Notes: generated by a model from the sequence alone, not told the origin. 64,000 nucleotides of DNA from Blastocladiella emersonii ATCC 22665 (GCA_025594325.1 JANHCV010000001.1:4960001-5024000), one strand, 5' to 3'; numbered from the stretch's first letter, positions 1 to 12,732 are shown. Program-made: numbers and translations.

Positions 1-807
1 TTGTTGGGCGGGGGAGAGCGAGGGAGCGCGCGGGACCGGTCCTTTCATAGGTTTGCTTCCGACCCTGACACCGTGGGAGCCGATCAACATGCGGTTTAGC
101 CGGCTGGACTCGAGGGTCCTTGCGAGCACAAGACTCGAGGGTTCGCCGGTTCCCGGATGATGCGTCCTGTGATGCGACTCACGCAGTCAGTTACACCACA
201 CTATCACCCCGAAAGCAGCGAGCGTTAATAGCCTCCTATGACGCAGTTACGGCCAGAGGGTCACGAAGCGATTCGGGCTCAGACTCGGACCGGAGGACGC
301 CGGCTGATCCTCTTCGCCGGGAAATCGCGTCCTGACGCGGTCGCGTGACGCACGCGTCGCTGTCTCGCACCAATTGTCTCCGCTCGGCCCACGTGATACG
401 TATTCGCGACGCGTTTCTCGACGTCCAACCCGATGCTGCACACGGACGATGCATGGCGGTCCATGGCGTGCATGAAAGACCGCTCAGGGATCCCCAACCG
501 TTGAGTGTCGCGGAGCGACTCGCCGACGAACGTGCTGCGCCTCCAGTCACGCGGAAGAACATGCACCGAAAGTTGCTGGGACACGCTCGGAGATAGTCGC
601 CACTTCACGCTCGCGTCCATCGCATCACTCTGCTCCGCACCCCACTTTTCATGAAGACAGACTGCAACAACTAGCAGCAACGTTTGCCGGCCAGTGTCGT
701 CATCGACTCCGCCACCCAAACGCCCGCTCTTCTCCTCTCCGTCACCTCCGTCACCTCCGACGCACGCTCCCTCTCCCTCTATATCAACACTACATAGACC
801 GACACCC

Positions 808-3103
808 ATGCATCGACCCCCAAAGCCGCACCACGCGCCGCTGGCCGCCGTTAGCCCGAGCCCGGCGTCGATCCCCAGCACCTCGGCGCCACCCGCCTGG
901 GACGACTTCCTGACCCGCGGCGCCAACGGCAAGAACGGCGCAGCCGCCAACAACCGCCGCGGTCCGCGGCCTGGCCCGCGTCGCATCGACCCGAAGCGTA
1001 CGGTGACTTTTTGATGTCATGGCGCGGTGTGTGGCGTCGCTGACCCCGTGCGCGTGTAGACCACGTCGAGCCTCTCTCCGTCGTCGGAACCGGCGTCGGC
1101 CCGAACGCACATCCCCATGCGCTCAACGTCGGCATCGCGGTGACGGCTGCGCCCGCGGCTAACGGACACGGTGCGCCGGGCAAGCAGCACCTCGCGCCGC
1201 TCCCGACCATCGCCGGCGCGGTCACTCTCCCGCCGCTCGTCAAGAAGCCGCTGCTCATCGGCAACCGCAAGCTCATCTTCGTGGGCGGAGGACCTGGATC
1301 GGGCAAAGGCGAGGGCTGCCTTCGCCTCGCCGCCGAGTTCAACCTCACGCACCTGAGCGCTGGCGACCTGCTGCGCGCCGAGGTCGCCCGCGGGACGCCG
1401 ATCGGCGCCGAGCTGAGCCGCATGATGACTGAGGGCCAGCTCGTGCCCATGGTACTGTTCATTTGCGCTACATCCGGGGCAACGACAAGAACTGACGTGT
1501 CGCGTTTCGAGTGTAGAGCGTTACGATCCAGCTGCTGCGCAACGCCATGGAGGCTGCGCTCGCCAATGCGCCTGACCATCACGCCGGCTTCCTCATCGAT
1601 GGGTTCCCGCGCGAGCTCGACCAGGCCCTCGCCTTCGAGGACGCCCTGTCGCTGTCGCCCGACGCGTTCCTGTTCCTCGATTGCCCGCTCCCCGTCCTCG
1701 AGGCTCGCCTCCTCAAGCGCGGCGAAACAAGCGGTCGCGCCGACGACAACATGGAGACGATCCGCAAGCGCTTCAACACGTTCGTGACCCAGTCGATGCC
1801 GGTCGTCGACCACTACCGCGCGCAGGGCAAGGTCATCGAAATTTCCTCTGTGCATGCTCTCGACGTCGTGTACGCCATCATCCGCGGGTCAGTCATCGCT
1901 CGGTTCCCCGACTGGGCGCCGCCTTCTGCTCTCGCGCCTGTCCTCGCTGGCCGTCCGCTCATCTTCATCCTCGGGGGCCCTGGGAGCGGCAAACAGGTCA
2001 ACTGCGAGCACCTGCGCGAGCTGTACACGCTGACGCACCTGTCGGTCGGCGATCTGCTCCGCGCCGAGGTCGCCCGCGGTGGCCCCACGGCCGACGCGCT
2101 CCAGGAGTGCATGCGCACGGGCAAGATCGTCCCCATGGAGACGACGCTCGCCCTCGTCCGCGCCGCCATCGAGGCGTCGCCCAAGGGCTCGAATGGTTTC
2201 CTCATCGACGGGTTCCCGCGCGAAATCGGCCAGGCTGTCGCATGGGAGCGGACCATGGGCACGCCCGACGCCGTGCTATTCTACGACTGCCCGCTCTCGG
2301 TCCTCGAGGCGCGCCTGCTCGAGCGCGGCAAGACCAGTGGTCGTGCCGATGACAACCTCGACACGATCCGGCTCCGGTTCGAGACCTACACCAAGACGTC
2401 CATGCCTGTCGTCGAGTACCACCGCACGCTCGGTCGCGTCGCCACGATCAAGTCCGACGTGCCCATCGACGCCGTTCGCAAGGCGTCCGAGGCCGGGCTC
2501 GACGGCATCCTCGCCAAGTTCGGTCGCTCGCCGCTCCCGAAGCTCACGTTCAAGAACGTTATCATGCTCAGCGGGGGACCAGGGGCAGGAAAAGGGTGCG
2601 GCGCCCAGGCCCTCGTTGCCGCGTTCCACTACGTGCACCTGTCGACGGGCGACCTGCTGCGCGCCGAGGTCGCGGCGGGTACGCCGACGGGCGGGGCGGC
2701 CGCGGCCATCATGCAGGACGGCGACATGGTGCCCATGGACATGATCCGCACGCTGCTGCTCAACGCCATGCGTGCGCACGCGGACGCGCCCGGGTTCATC
2801 ATCGACGGGTACCCGCGCACCCTCGAGCAGGCCAAGGACATTGCGCTGCTGGTCCCGCCGCGGTTCGTCATCTACTACGAGGTCCCGACCGAGGTCCTGG
2901 TCCAGCGTCTGCTCAAGCGCGGCGAGACGAGCGGGCGCGCTGACGACAACGCCGAGACGATCAAGAAGCGCATCGACACGTTCCTCGCGGCCACGATGCC
3001 CGTCATCGAGTACTTTGCGAACATGGGCGTCGTGCACAAGATTGACGGGACGCGCTCGATTGACGAGGTCGCCAAGGACACGCTCGCCCTCTTCGAGGCG
3101 TGA
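808..3103 (+). CDS. Adenylate/UMP-CMP kinase family protein with three tandem NMP-kinase domains
   Basis: Three P-loops (GGPGSGKG, GGPGSGKQ, GGPGAGKG), each followed by THLSxGDLLRAEV-like, F(L/I)IDG(F/Y)PR and RGxTSGRADDN motifs. Introns at 998-1059 (GTACGG..GCTGAC..TAG) and 1452-1516 join ORF segments 808-997, 1060-1451 and 1517-3103 in frame. Confidence 0.92.
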
Positions 3104-3494
3104 GTGGACGAGTAGATTTGCTTATTTTGTTGTATTCCCTCGCACAAGATGTACCCTCTCTTGCTTCCGTGACTGTTGTCGCCGTCTTGAATCGGTTGCC
3201 TGACAGGACATGTAACTGAGGTCTTTATTGCCGCGAGTTTGCTCGTCCGTCGTCGGCACTTGCTGAGACGAAGGTTTTCGTGGTCATCGCGGCACATGCG
3301 ATGTTAAGAGTCAAAGAGCACCATGATGGCGGCCCTGATGGCGGCCCTGATGGCAACGCATTCGCAGTCCGCGACGGTCGGGACCACGCAACGCTACGCG
3401 ACGCGTGCGACGGCGAGCGGTCAACCGCAGCGGCGAAGACGGCAAAGAGCGGAGAGAAACAAAAACTGGGTATACTAGGAAGACAAACAGAACA

Positions 3495-3989
3495 TCAACA
3501 CGCCTTGACTGCCGCCGCCGGACGAAAAACGGCGGCGCAGCGGCGCTTGAGCGCGCTCCATTTGGGCGAGCGCGGCGAGAAAAAGTACTTGGCCTTAGGG
3601 TCCGGACACTCGGCGCCAACGAGCGTCTGGTCCGAGCCGAGTTCGCTGCCCTTGCTTGCCGTCAGCGAAGTCGGGCCAACAACGGCCGAGCTGCTGCCAC
3701 GACTGCAGTGGTAGCGGACCCAGCGCTTGGCCTGGGTCATGATCTCGCGGTACTTGCGCTGCTTGAGCGACGCGAGCGGGACCGACGACAAGACGATCGG
3801 CGGGAACGACATTTCGGACATCTCGGACTCGGTCTTGTTGAGCGGCGGCGGCGACGGCTTGTCGTTCTGGAGCTGCTGCCACTGCAACTGAGGAACGACG
3901 GCGGGTGTCGCGGCCGGCCCGGGGTGGTGGTGGTGATCCTGCGGCTGCTGCCACGACAGCTGGATCGGGACCACGGGCGGGGCGGAGAT
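3495..3989 (-). CDS. Hypothetical low-complexity protein, start uncertain
   Basis: ORF 3495..3974 has strong GC3 codon bias like neighbouring genes. No in-frame ATG occurs upstream of the internal MSEMSF; no domain recognised. Confidence 0.4.
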   Translation of the reverse strand: MSAPPVVPIQLSWQQPQDHHHHPGPAATPAVVPQLQWQQLQNDKPSPPPLNKTESEMSEMSFPPIVLSSVPLASLKQRKYREIMTQAKRWVRYHCSRGSSSAVVGPTSLTASKGSELGSDQTLVGAECPDPKAKYFFSPRSPKWSALKRRCAAVFRPAAAVKAC

Positions 3990-4074
3990 GGTAGTCGAGA
4001 GAGTCTCGAGGCACGAACTTACACAAGCGAAACTGTTGGTATATCAAAGGCAACAAACACCCCTACCGAGCCAC

Positions 4075-5907
4075 CTAGTCGCGGCGCTTGAGCTTGATCT
4101 CGATACCCGTGGCGTGGAGCAGGTTGCCACTGGGCGTCGTGTCGGGGACGCCTGCGAGCGCGGCCTTGTTACCCGTGACGGTCCACTCGTAGCGGAGCAG
4201 CAGCATCGACAGGATGACGCGCTGCTCGACGATCGAGAACTGCTGGCCGAGGCAGATACGCTGGCCGCCGCCGAACGGCACCCACTTGAAGTCATGTGCG
4301 CTCGGGTTCATGGCCATGACCTTGTCCTCGTTGGCGAGGAACCGCTCGGGCTTGAACTTTTCCGCGTCGTCGCCCCAGTACTCGCTTGCCGTCTGGACCG
4401 CGTGCACGTCCGACGCGACGAAGCTGCCCGTGCCGAGGTGGAGCCCGCTCGACAGCGTCACGGGCTCCATGAGCTCGCGCATCGGCATGGCGGGCACGCT
4501 CGGGTACAGGCGCATCGTCTCCTTGATGATGGCCGTGAGGTACGGCATCTGGGCCTGCTCGTCGTTGGTCGGGAACGGGAAGTCGCCGGCCGCCATGCCC
4601 TTGTCCGCGTCGCCCATGACGGCGAGCACCTCGGCGCGCGCCTTGCGCTGGATCTCCGGGTTCATGCCGAGCGAGTAGAGCACGAACGTGAGCGCGTTGG
4701 CCGTGGTGTCGTGTCCGGCGATGAAGAAGACGATGGTGTTGGCGCGCAGCTCCTCGCGCGAGAACCCGCCCGACTCGCTGGCCGTGACCATGAGCTCGAG
4801 GAGGTCCTTGGCGTCGTCGTCGTCGCCCGAGTCGTCGACGCCCGCGGCGCGGCGCTTGGCGGCCTCGGCGGCCTTGGCGTCGATCAGCGAGTAGATGAAC
4901 TTGTTGAACTCGTCGACCGACTTGGCGAACCGGGCGTAGCTGGGCAGGAACTTGTTGATGGGCGCGAGCAGGATGAACTTGGGGTTGAGCATGTCCTTCA
5001 TGACGGCGTGGTACGTCTCGACCATGGGCGTGTTGGGGTTCTCGATCGAGCCGAAGTTGGTCCCGAACGCGGCCTGCGACAGCGCGTCGAGCGTCATGCG
5101 GGTCATCCAGTCCGACACGTTGACGGTCGTGCCGCCGGCCTCGAGCTTGTCAAACTGCTCGAGCAGCGAGCGCGCGGGCGGACCGAAGATGGACGTGGCC
5201 CAGCCGCGGCGGAAGGCCGGGTTCACGACCTTGCGCTGGCGCTTCCAGTTGGGCGTCTACGAGGGAGAGGGCCGGGCGTTAGCATCCGGAGACGAGCGCT
5301 TGAGAGCGGAGTCGAAGCGTACCCGCGTCATGGCCACGTTCTGCCCGAGGAAGGCGCGGCTGACCTGGTTCGGCATCTTGGTCGCGTCCATCTTCTCGAA
5401 CTGCTCGTGGCCCGTGAGCAGCAGCTTCGAGTCCTCGGGGTTGGCCACGACGACAGTCCAACGACCAAACCTACCCGCGTTCCGCGACAACCGTGAGCAC
5501 GCGTACGCGTAGCCGAGCGACGCGCGTGTGAGAACGTACATCCAGGTGAGCCACATGCGCGGCGTCTCGTTCATACTCTTGATCGCGCCGCGACGCAGCG
5601 CGTCCTCGCGCAGCAGCTTCATCATCTCGGGCCGCCAGTTGAGGAAGCCCTCGCCCGACGTGAGGTAGTGGATCGTCTTGCGGATCGGGATGCGCGGCAG
5701 GTGGCGGAGGTGCGGCGGGACGCGGAACATTTTCCACCAGATGTGGCCCGAGACGACGGCGACGGTGGCGAGCGCCGCGAGGAGCGCCGACTTGCGCGGG
5801 CCGAGTAGCTGCGTCAGCTGCATGAGCGGGGCCAGACGCTGCTCGAGGTGCAGCGGCTCGAGGGCTTTGGCGACTGTGGTCAGCAGGTTGCTTGCAGTTG
5901 ATTCCAT
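4075..5907 (-). CDS. Cytochrome P450
   Basis: Heme motif PFGGGQRICLGQQFS, I-helix AGHDTT, K-helix ETMR, PERF, C-helix WKRQRK, and an N-terminal hydrophobic anchor. Two introns (~5471-5539, ~5259-5324). Confidence 0.95.
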
Positions 5908-6253
5908 GGTTGCGTGGTGAGTATCGAGAGAGAGAGCTGTCTAGGTGGGGAGCGGAGGCCGCTTTAAATACGCGTCCTTGACCAACGTGTACGCCGCGCT
6001 TCAACTGACTGAAGACCACGCTGCGATCCGCTGTTCCGCCGGACCACGGATTCACACGCGTGCTGGGAGGCACCCGGCGGAGGACTGCGAGCGCCGGATC
6101 TCGATCGTCGTCGTGTTTCGTCTCCTGACCCGGTCGGTCCGTAGGACGCGAACGCGGACATGTGTGGCTGCGCCACCCTCCACGCGCTCAGCCACCGCCA
6201 CTCTCGTTTCCAACCTCGCGTCGAGTGCTCATCGCCAAGCAAGTAATGGTATA

Positions 6254-8633
6254 TCATAACGCGTCGCGTATCAACGGATGACTCAACAACTGCGCCGCCG
6301 TCGCGCGCCGCCTTGGGTCCCACTCGAGGCACCGCTGCACAAGGTCAAGAACGAGCGGGTCGACGGAGCCGACCTGGCACAGCTGCGACAGGAGCGGGTG
6401 GTGGTTGGGCACCATGGGGAACAGCGGCTCCATGAACTTGTACTGGAGGTACCCCATGGCGTCGGTGCCCGTCACGTACCCGACCTCCTCGTCGCCGCGC
6501 GGCTGCTCGGGCCCGGGCTCGCCGTCCGCGCCCACGACGCCGTTCAGGTTGATCGGCCGCCGCGTCGACAGGAACGAGGTGCGCGGGGTACTCGGGATTG
6601 ATGCCGCGAGCGAGGACGAGGCCAGGTTGGCGAGCGGGTCGGCGACCTCCTCGAGCGGCGTCACGAGCCCCTCGGGCGGCGCCGACTCGACGACCACCGC
6701 GTCCTTGGCCGCGTACCGGTAGTGCGGGCCGATCGACTTGCGGTTGCCGAGCAGCGCGCCGAACCCGCCCGACTGGTTCGTTTCGGAGGTCGCGGTCGTC
6801 GTGTCGAGTGCGGACTCAGACTTGGGCGCGAGGAGCGGCGACGGCGGGCCGGCCGACTGCGCCGGGAGGGTGAGGTTGTCGGACGACGACGACGAGGTCG
6901 AGTCGCGGCCCGCGCCGCTGATGTAGTCGAGCAGCCGGCGTAAACGCGAGGATGGAGGTTGTGGTGGCGAGTTGATGGTCGAGTACTGGCCCTGCGCGCG
7001 GTGATTCGAGAGAGTCAGCGACGCGGCATCGCGGGAAGTGTCAGCGAGACAACGTACGAGCATGAAGTAGAGCGACCACACGTTGTCGATCTCGGAGAAT
7101 GGCGGCTTGGCGAGGAGCATCTCGTAGATCACGCAGCCTAAGCTCCAGATATCTTGAGCGCCCTTGATTTCCATGGTCTGGTTGCCGGCCACGACTACAC
7201 GCACGGCGATGACACTGTCAGCACTCGAACACGTCACTCCGTTCGCGCAATACGAACCTTCAGGGGCCAGATAACTCGGCGTCCCAACAACGCGCGCGTC
7301 GTGGACCTTGCGGCAGCACAGACCGTAGATCTTAGCCGAGCTGAAATCCGCGTGCTTGAGGATGCCCTCGCGGATCATGATATTGGCGGGTTTCACGTCG
7401 CGGTGCACGATCCCGTGGCGGTGCAGGAACTCGAGCCCGTGGACGAGCTGGCGGATCCAGAACGACAGGATGCGCATGTCGCGCAGCGGGCCATTGGCGC
7501 GGACCCACTCGGCGAGCGTGCCGCCGTCGCAGTACTCCATGAACAGGAAGCAGTCCTCGTCCATGAGGTGCGACCCGTAGTACGACAGCACGTTCGGGTG
7601 GTCCGACAGCGCCATGGCGCCGATCAGCTGCTCGAAGTTGCGCCGGTTCAGGTGCGGGTTGGCCGACGGCAGGTGGAAGTGTTTCGTCGCGACCTGCACG
7701 GGTTTCGCCGGCGCGGGCGGGGTCAGGGTCGCGAGGTAGACGAGGCCTAGCCACATAGTTCGAGGGTTAGCTCATACAGGTCAGAAACCGGTGAGTTGAA
7801 CGAAGTGTACCGACGGCGCCCTGGCCGATGAGCTCCTCGAGGCGGTAATGGAGGTGGTTCCCGAGATCCGTCTCGTCGGGGTCGAGTTCATCGAGATCGT
7901 CTTCCACGTCCTCGGTCTCCGACTCGGACAGCACACCGCCGTCGTCGGTCGACAGGCGTGACGCGTTGGACTGCGACCGCGTCCGCTCCACACCATCCGG
8001 CCCATCCGCGGCAGCCTGCGGCGGCGAGCGCGCAAACCAGTTATCGCGCTCGTCGACGGGGCTGATGCGGTCGAGCAGGCCGAGTGTGCGCGGTAGGTGC
8101 GCGCGGAGCCACGACGCGGCCGCGCTCGTGGTGGGCATCGGTGGTGGTGGTGGCGCGGCGCCGTGGTACTCGGTCGTCGCGTCCCGCAGGCTGTCCGCGG
8201 ACGGGCGCGGCGAGAGGCGGCCCGCCGCCAATACCTGCGACCCGCCACCACCGCCGTCAACGGGCGGTGACCGCGCGCGCATCAGCGGCGAGTGCGGCGA
8301 CTGCGAGCGGTTAAGGCGCGTGTGCGGCGACTTGTTGCGCGAAGCCGACACGGACGACGCGGACCGCGACAGGTTTCCCGTCGACGACGAAGATGACGAG
8401 ACGACACCATCGGACGAGTCCTGGCGGAAGATAAAGTGGGAGCGCAGGTCGGCGGCGTGCGGCAGCTGGCGGCGGTAGCGGATCCGTTTCGCGGGCTCGT
8501 CCGGGTGGTACAGGAACAGGGCGAGCTTGAGCAAGGCGAGCTGGAACAGCGTGCCGAGCTTGTCGCGCTCGCGCTGCCGCTCGGCCTCGCCGACGTGCTC
8601 GAGCTCGAGCTTCTGCAGGAGGACGCCGACCAT
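6254..8633 (-). CDS. STE11-family MAP kinase kinase kinase-like protein (SSK2/MEKK4-like kinase domain)
   Basis: After splicing: IGQGAVGLVYL, VATK, HPNVLSYYG, HRDVKPANI, ADFSSAK, GTPSYLAPE, QDIWSLGC, DNVWSLYFM, CLEWDPRRRATAAQLLSHP. The DNxW motif recalls SSK2/MEKK4. The ATG at 8633 is the probable start. Confidence 0.75.
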
Positions 8634-8966
8634 GGTGCGGGCGGCGGGGGTCGCGTCGCGTCTGAGCGGGCGCGCGATCCGGGAGCAAGGGTGCAAGTAG
8701 TAGTGTGCCGCTGGCGTCGCAGGCGCTCAGGCAGGCATGTATTGTATCGTTTCTTGTTGCGTGGGGAGAGGAAGCGGGGGAGGCAGGCGGTGCCAAGTCG
8801 GTGCGGCCGGCTCTCGAGGCTGAGCGTTTTCTCCGGGTCCTCGGCGTCTCCCGCAACGCGGCCGCAGCCGCGGAAAGCCCCGCGCACGTGCAGTTGATTA
8901 ATCGACGCGACGTTTAACCGGAACAAGGCAACGACACAGAGCGTCAAAACTGGTGCGTGTGTATTG

Positions 8967-9869
8967 CTAGATGAGCTCGGCCTCGCCGCGCAGCAGCATT
9001 CGCCGGATGCCCATGTATCGCACGAGGTACATTTCGCCCTCCATCATGGCCACGGGCTCCGTGTCGTCGGGCAGCTGCACGTCGCCAATGTCGCGCAGGA
9101 TGCGCACGAACACGGCCTGGTCCATGACGGGCTTGGGGACTAGACGGGTGAGCACTTGGGGGTCAGTGGTCTTCCTCGCACGCGATCCGACGCGAAGCAG
9201 CGTACCCATGTCAACGTGCTCCGACTCCTCGTCGACGGCCTGGAACAGCTCGGGGAGGTGCTTCCCGACCGTGTCGTGGAGATGGGTGCGGAGCAGCGCG
9301 GCGTACTTTTCCGCGTACTGCGCCTCGTACGGCGACAGGATCGCGCGGGCGGCCTCGACGCGGTCGGGCGCCATGAGGAACAGCGCGACGTGCTCGATCT
9401 TGTGCAGGCGCGTGCGCAGGTAGCTGCGCAGGACAAACTTGACGCGCTCCACGTCCATGGCCTTGATGATCTGCGCCAGGTCCGCCGCGCCCTCGGCCAG
9501 GTCCGACGCCTGGTACGACAGCAGCTCCGTCAGGTTCTCGACCGCCGCGTGCTGGAACGGCAGCAGCTCGGGCGCGAACCGCTCGTTCACCCACGCTTTC
9601 GTCAGCACGTCCAGGTCTGGCGACCCGTCGTCGTCGCCCGCCTCGTCGTCGAGCGGGTTGCCAATGCCGCCGGCGGTGCCTGACGCGGTCCCGAGCGTCG
9701 TCCCGAGCGTGGGTTCCCGGCTGTCGTCGGGGAACTCGTCGCGGTCCTGCGTGTCAAACTCGGCGAGCGCGTCGAGCGCCTGCGTGTCGAGATCGAAGCT
9801 GTCGGCGAGCGCGCCGAGCCCGTCGTCGTCATCGCCGATCTGCCTTGGGGGCGACGGTGGATTTGACAT
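8967..9869 (-). CDS. SLD5: GINS complex subunit Sld5/GINS4
   Basis: WVNERFAPELLPFQ, MDVERVKFVLRSYLRTRLHKIE, and C-terminal VFVRILRDIG..LVRY..ELI. One probable intron near 9140-9205. Confidence 0.92.
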   Translation of the reverse strand: MSNPPSPPRQIGDDDDGLGALADSFDLDTQALDALAEFDTQDRDEFPDDSREPTLGTTLGTASGTAGGIGNPLDDEAGDDDGSPDLDVLTKAWVNERFAPELLPFQHAAVENLTELLSYQASDLAEGAADLAQIIKAMDVERVKFVLRSYLRTRLHKIEHVALFLMAPDRVEAARAILSPYEAQYAEKYAALLRTHLHDTVGKHLPELFQAVDEESEHVDMGTLLRVGSRARKTTDPQVLTRLVPKPVMDQAVFVRILRDIGDVQLPDDTEPVAMMEGEMYLVRYMGIRRMLLRGEAELI

Positions 9870-10101
9870 GTGTGTGTTCCGTTGCAGTGGGTGTTGCCGT
9901 CCTCGAGGAGCTCAAGTTACATGCGAGGTCGCGGGTGTGGAGAAGGAGCGTCGCCGACCTCCTGCGGCGACTTCGTGACGCACTCGCGACTTGGTCGGTC
10001 GCGCCGATCACCCACTTCTCCGCTTCCCGTGCCCCGTTGGTCGCTACTAGTCAATAAAATGTATTCGACACCCGCCCTACCTCCACACACACAGGGAGAA
10101 C

Positions 10102-12732
10102 CTACTGCTTGCCCTTGGCGCCAAACGTAAAACTCTTAGCCTGCCCGCGCCCGCGCTTCGCCTGCGCCGCCGCGCCGCCGCCCCTGCCCTTCTTGCCCGT
10201 GTTGGGCGCCTCGAGGTACGGGTTCCACGCGTCCTCGCTCGAGCCCGCGGCCGCCGCGGCCGCCTGCTGCTTGCGGGCGCGCTTCTTGGCGCGGATCGCG
10301 TCGGCCTCGTCCGAGTCCTTGTGCACGTTCGGCGGGAGCTGGTCCATCTCCTCGTCCTCGTTGTTGGCGTCGTCGTCGGCGACCACCACCTCGTCGGCGA
10401 CCGCAGGGCGAGACTTGGCGAAATCGTACTTGGCCGTCTGCTCGGGGACCCCGCGCTTGCGCTTGCGCTCGGGCATGGCGGGCGCGGCGGAGTCGCTGCC
10501 GTCAGCCGCCTCGGCCGTCGCCGTTTGCGCGCGGGCGCGCGGGTTGATGACGATCACCTCGGGCTCCTTCTTGACAGCGGGCTCGGCGCCGGGCTCCTGC
10601 TTCACCTTCTTGGCGGAGGAGGGCGCGAACAGGTGTGCGCCTGGTGGCTCGTGGGGCGCGCGCTGCTCGTCCTTCGCCGAGACCGACTCGATGACGAGGA
10701 GCTTGGGCAGGAGCGCCTCGACGGAGCTGAGCGACGCCTCGATCTGCTTGACGCGGTTAGCGGCGACCGCCGAGATGGGCGTGGCGAGCGTGCGCTTGGC
10801 CTTGGCCTTGCTGCCGCTGCTGCTGCCGAACATGGCCGACCGGTGCACCGCGACCACCTTGACGGGCGAGTACTTGCGGACGTACGGCGTGATGGCACCG
10901 CCATCGCCCAAATCTGCGGCGCACACGTCCATGGCGTCCTCGTCATCCCCAAACCGGATGTGCGTGGGCTCGGGCATCGGGATAGCGCCGGGGAGCGTGG
11001 CGATGGCGTTGGCGTGGGCGAGGTCCGTGAAGTCGGCGAGCACGTTCTTGACGAGCAGGGCGATATCGGCGGCGTAGGTGCGGACCATGGGCGGGATGGG
11101 CGTGCAGCACGCGAGGACCTCGGCGGGCTCGGTCGGCAGCTTGTCGGCCATGACGAACAGCATGTGGTTGGGCAGCACGTACCGCGTCGACTCGTCCTCG
11201 TCGCGCGCGATCGTGTCGCGCCAGTGGTGGATCGCCTTGAACACGGCAAACGACCGCCGCGTCAGGGGCTTGTTGTACTTGCCGTACAGGTTGGCCCACC
11301 CGCTCGGCCCGCGGCCCGTCTCCGGGTCGTACGGCTCCCTGACGTGCACGATCCCCGCCGTCTCGGCCGACTTGCGCAGCGTCGCGCGAAGCAGGTTGTG
11401 CGTGACGGCGTCGCCCGCGGACAGCAGCTCGCCGCGCATCTTGTGGTAGATGTAGATCAGGTAGTGCGTGTCGGTGCGCGCGTACTTGAGCATCTCCGCG
11501 GGGAGCGGCCGGATGCGCCAGTCGGCGAGCTGGTACTTTTTGTCGGCGTCGACGCCGCAGTAGTGCTTGAGCAGGTACGCCAGCGAGTGCGCGGGGAACT
11601 GGAGCACCTTGGTCGCGTGGTACGTGTCGAACAGGTTGACGAGGTACAGGCCGAGGTCGCGCTGGAGCCAGACGACATCGCTGGTCGCGCCGTGGAACAC
11701 CTTGACGATGGCGGGGTCCGCCGTGACCACGTTCATGCGGTACAGCTCGGTGCGCAGCGCGAGCGTGTCGACGACCCAGTCCTCGCCCAGGGCGCTCACC
11801 TGCATCAGCGACGTGAACCCGTGGTACGACCGGTACGAGTGGTGCTCGAGATCGACCGCCACCTCGCGCGCACCGCACAGCTTGTCGAGCATCGCGGTCA
11901 ACGCCGGCACCGTGTCAACCCACGTGTACGGCGACTCCTCGAGCGGCGGCGGGAAGTCGAGGTCGGCCCCCACGGGCGCCTCGAACATGCGCGCCGGGTA
12001 CTCGAGGCGCGCCAGCTCGTACGCGTACGGGTGCGGGAACGCGTGGTCGACGGGCAGACCCTCGAGCGACTGCGGCAGGTCGAGCGGTACCGTCGCGTGC
12101 GGCTTCTCGCGCAGCTTGGGCACGAACGGCAGCGTCGCCGAGTTGTCCACGTCCGCCAGGAACGCCTGCTGCGGGCGCACCACGTTCGCCGCGTGCACTA
12201 CCTGCATGCTCCGGTCCTTTTGCTTCACCGTCGCCAGCATCGCGCCGCTGGCCGTGGTCGCGGGCGACGGCGCGGCCTCGGCGTGCCGGCCGTAGAACTG
12301 GTCGAGCGCGCGGTCCTATATCGATGCACGGTTCAGCTCGGCTTCATAACGAGATCAAAGTAAGCGACAACGCACCGCCTTGTCGAGAGCACCGTCAATC
12401 ACCTCGACGGCCGAGAGCCAGCGCTCCTGCACGTCGTGGGCGTGGGAGAAGCCCTTGACCTTGGTCTCGCCGGCGAGGTACTTGAACAGCGAGTTGGACA
12501 GCTGCAGGAGGCCGAGCGACGACGCCCCGAGCGCCGTGGCGAACGCCGGGTTCTCCGATTTCTGCACCATGAGGGCCTCGGGGTGGAGCGGGCCCGTGGC
12601 CTTGGTCGCCTTGACGGCGGCCGCGATCGTCGCCTTGTGGAAGACGTTCATGTCCGGGATGAGCGGGGCCGCGGACGACGTCGGCACGTCGTCGTCGACG
12701 CTCATCGGATCAGATTCATGGGAGCCCGACAT
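10102..12732 (-). CDS. RRP6: Exosome-associated 3'-5' exonuclease Rrp6/EXOSC10
   Basis: DEDD-Y exonuclease motifs AVDLEHHSYRSYHGFTSLMQVS, FHGATSDVVWLQRD, KKYQLADWRIRPL, YARTDTHYL; HRDC domain WRDTIARDEDESTRYVLPNH; basic C-terminal tail. N-terminal exon 12732-~12370. Confidence 0.96.

Noticed and set aside
1-700. Short ORFs at the window start
   Set aside because: No codon bias or motifs; probably intergenic or promoter sequence upstream of the adenylate kinase.
3322-3356. 13-bp tandem repeat (CCCTGATGGCGGC-like, ~2.5 copies)
   Set aside because: Too short, with no spacers and located between convergent 3' ends; not CRISPR-like and no evident function.
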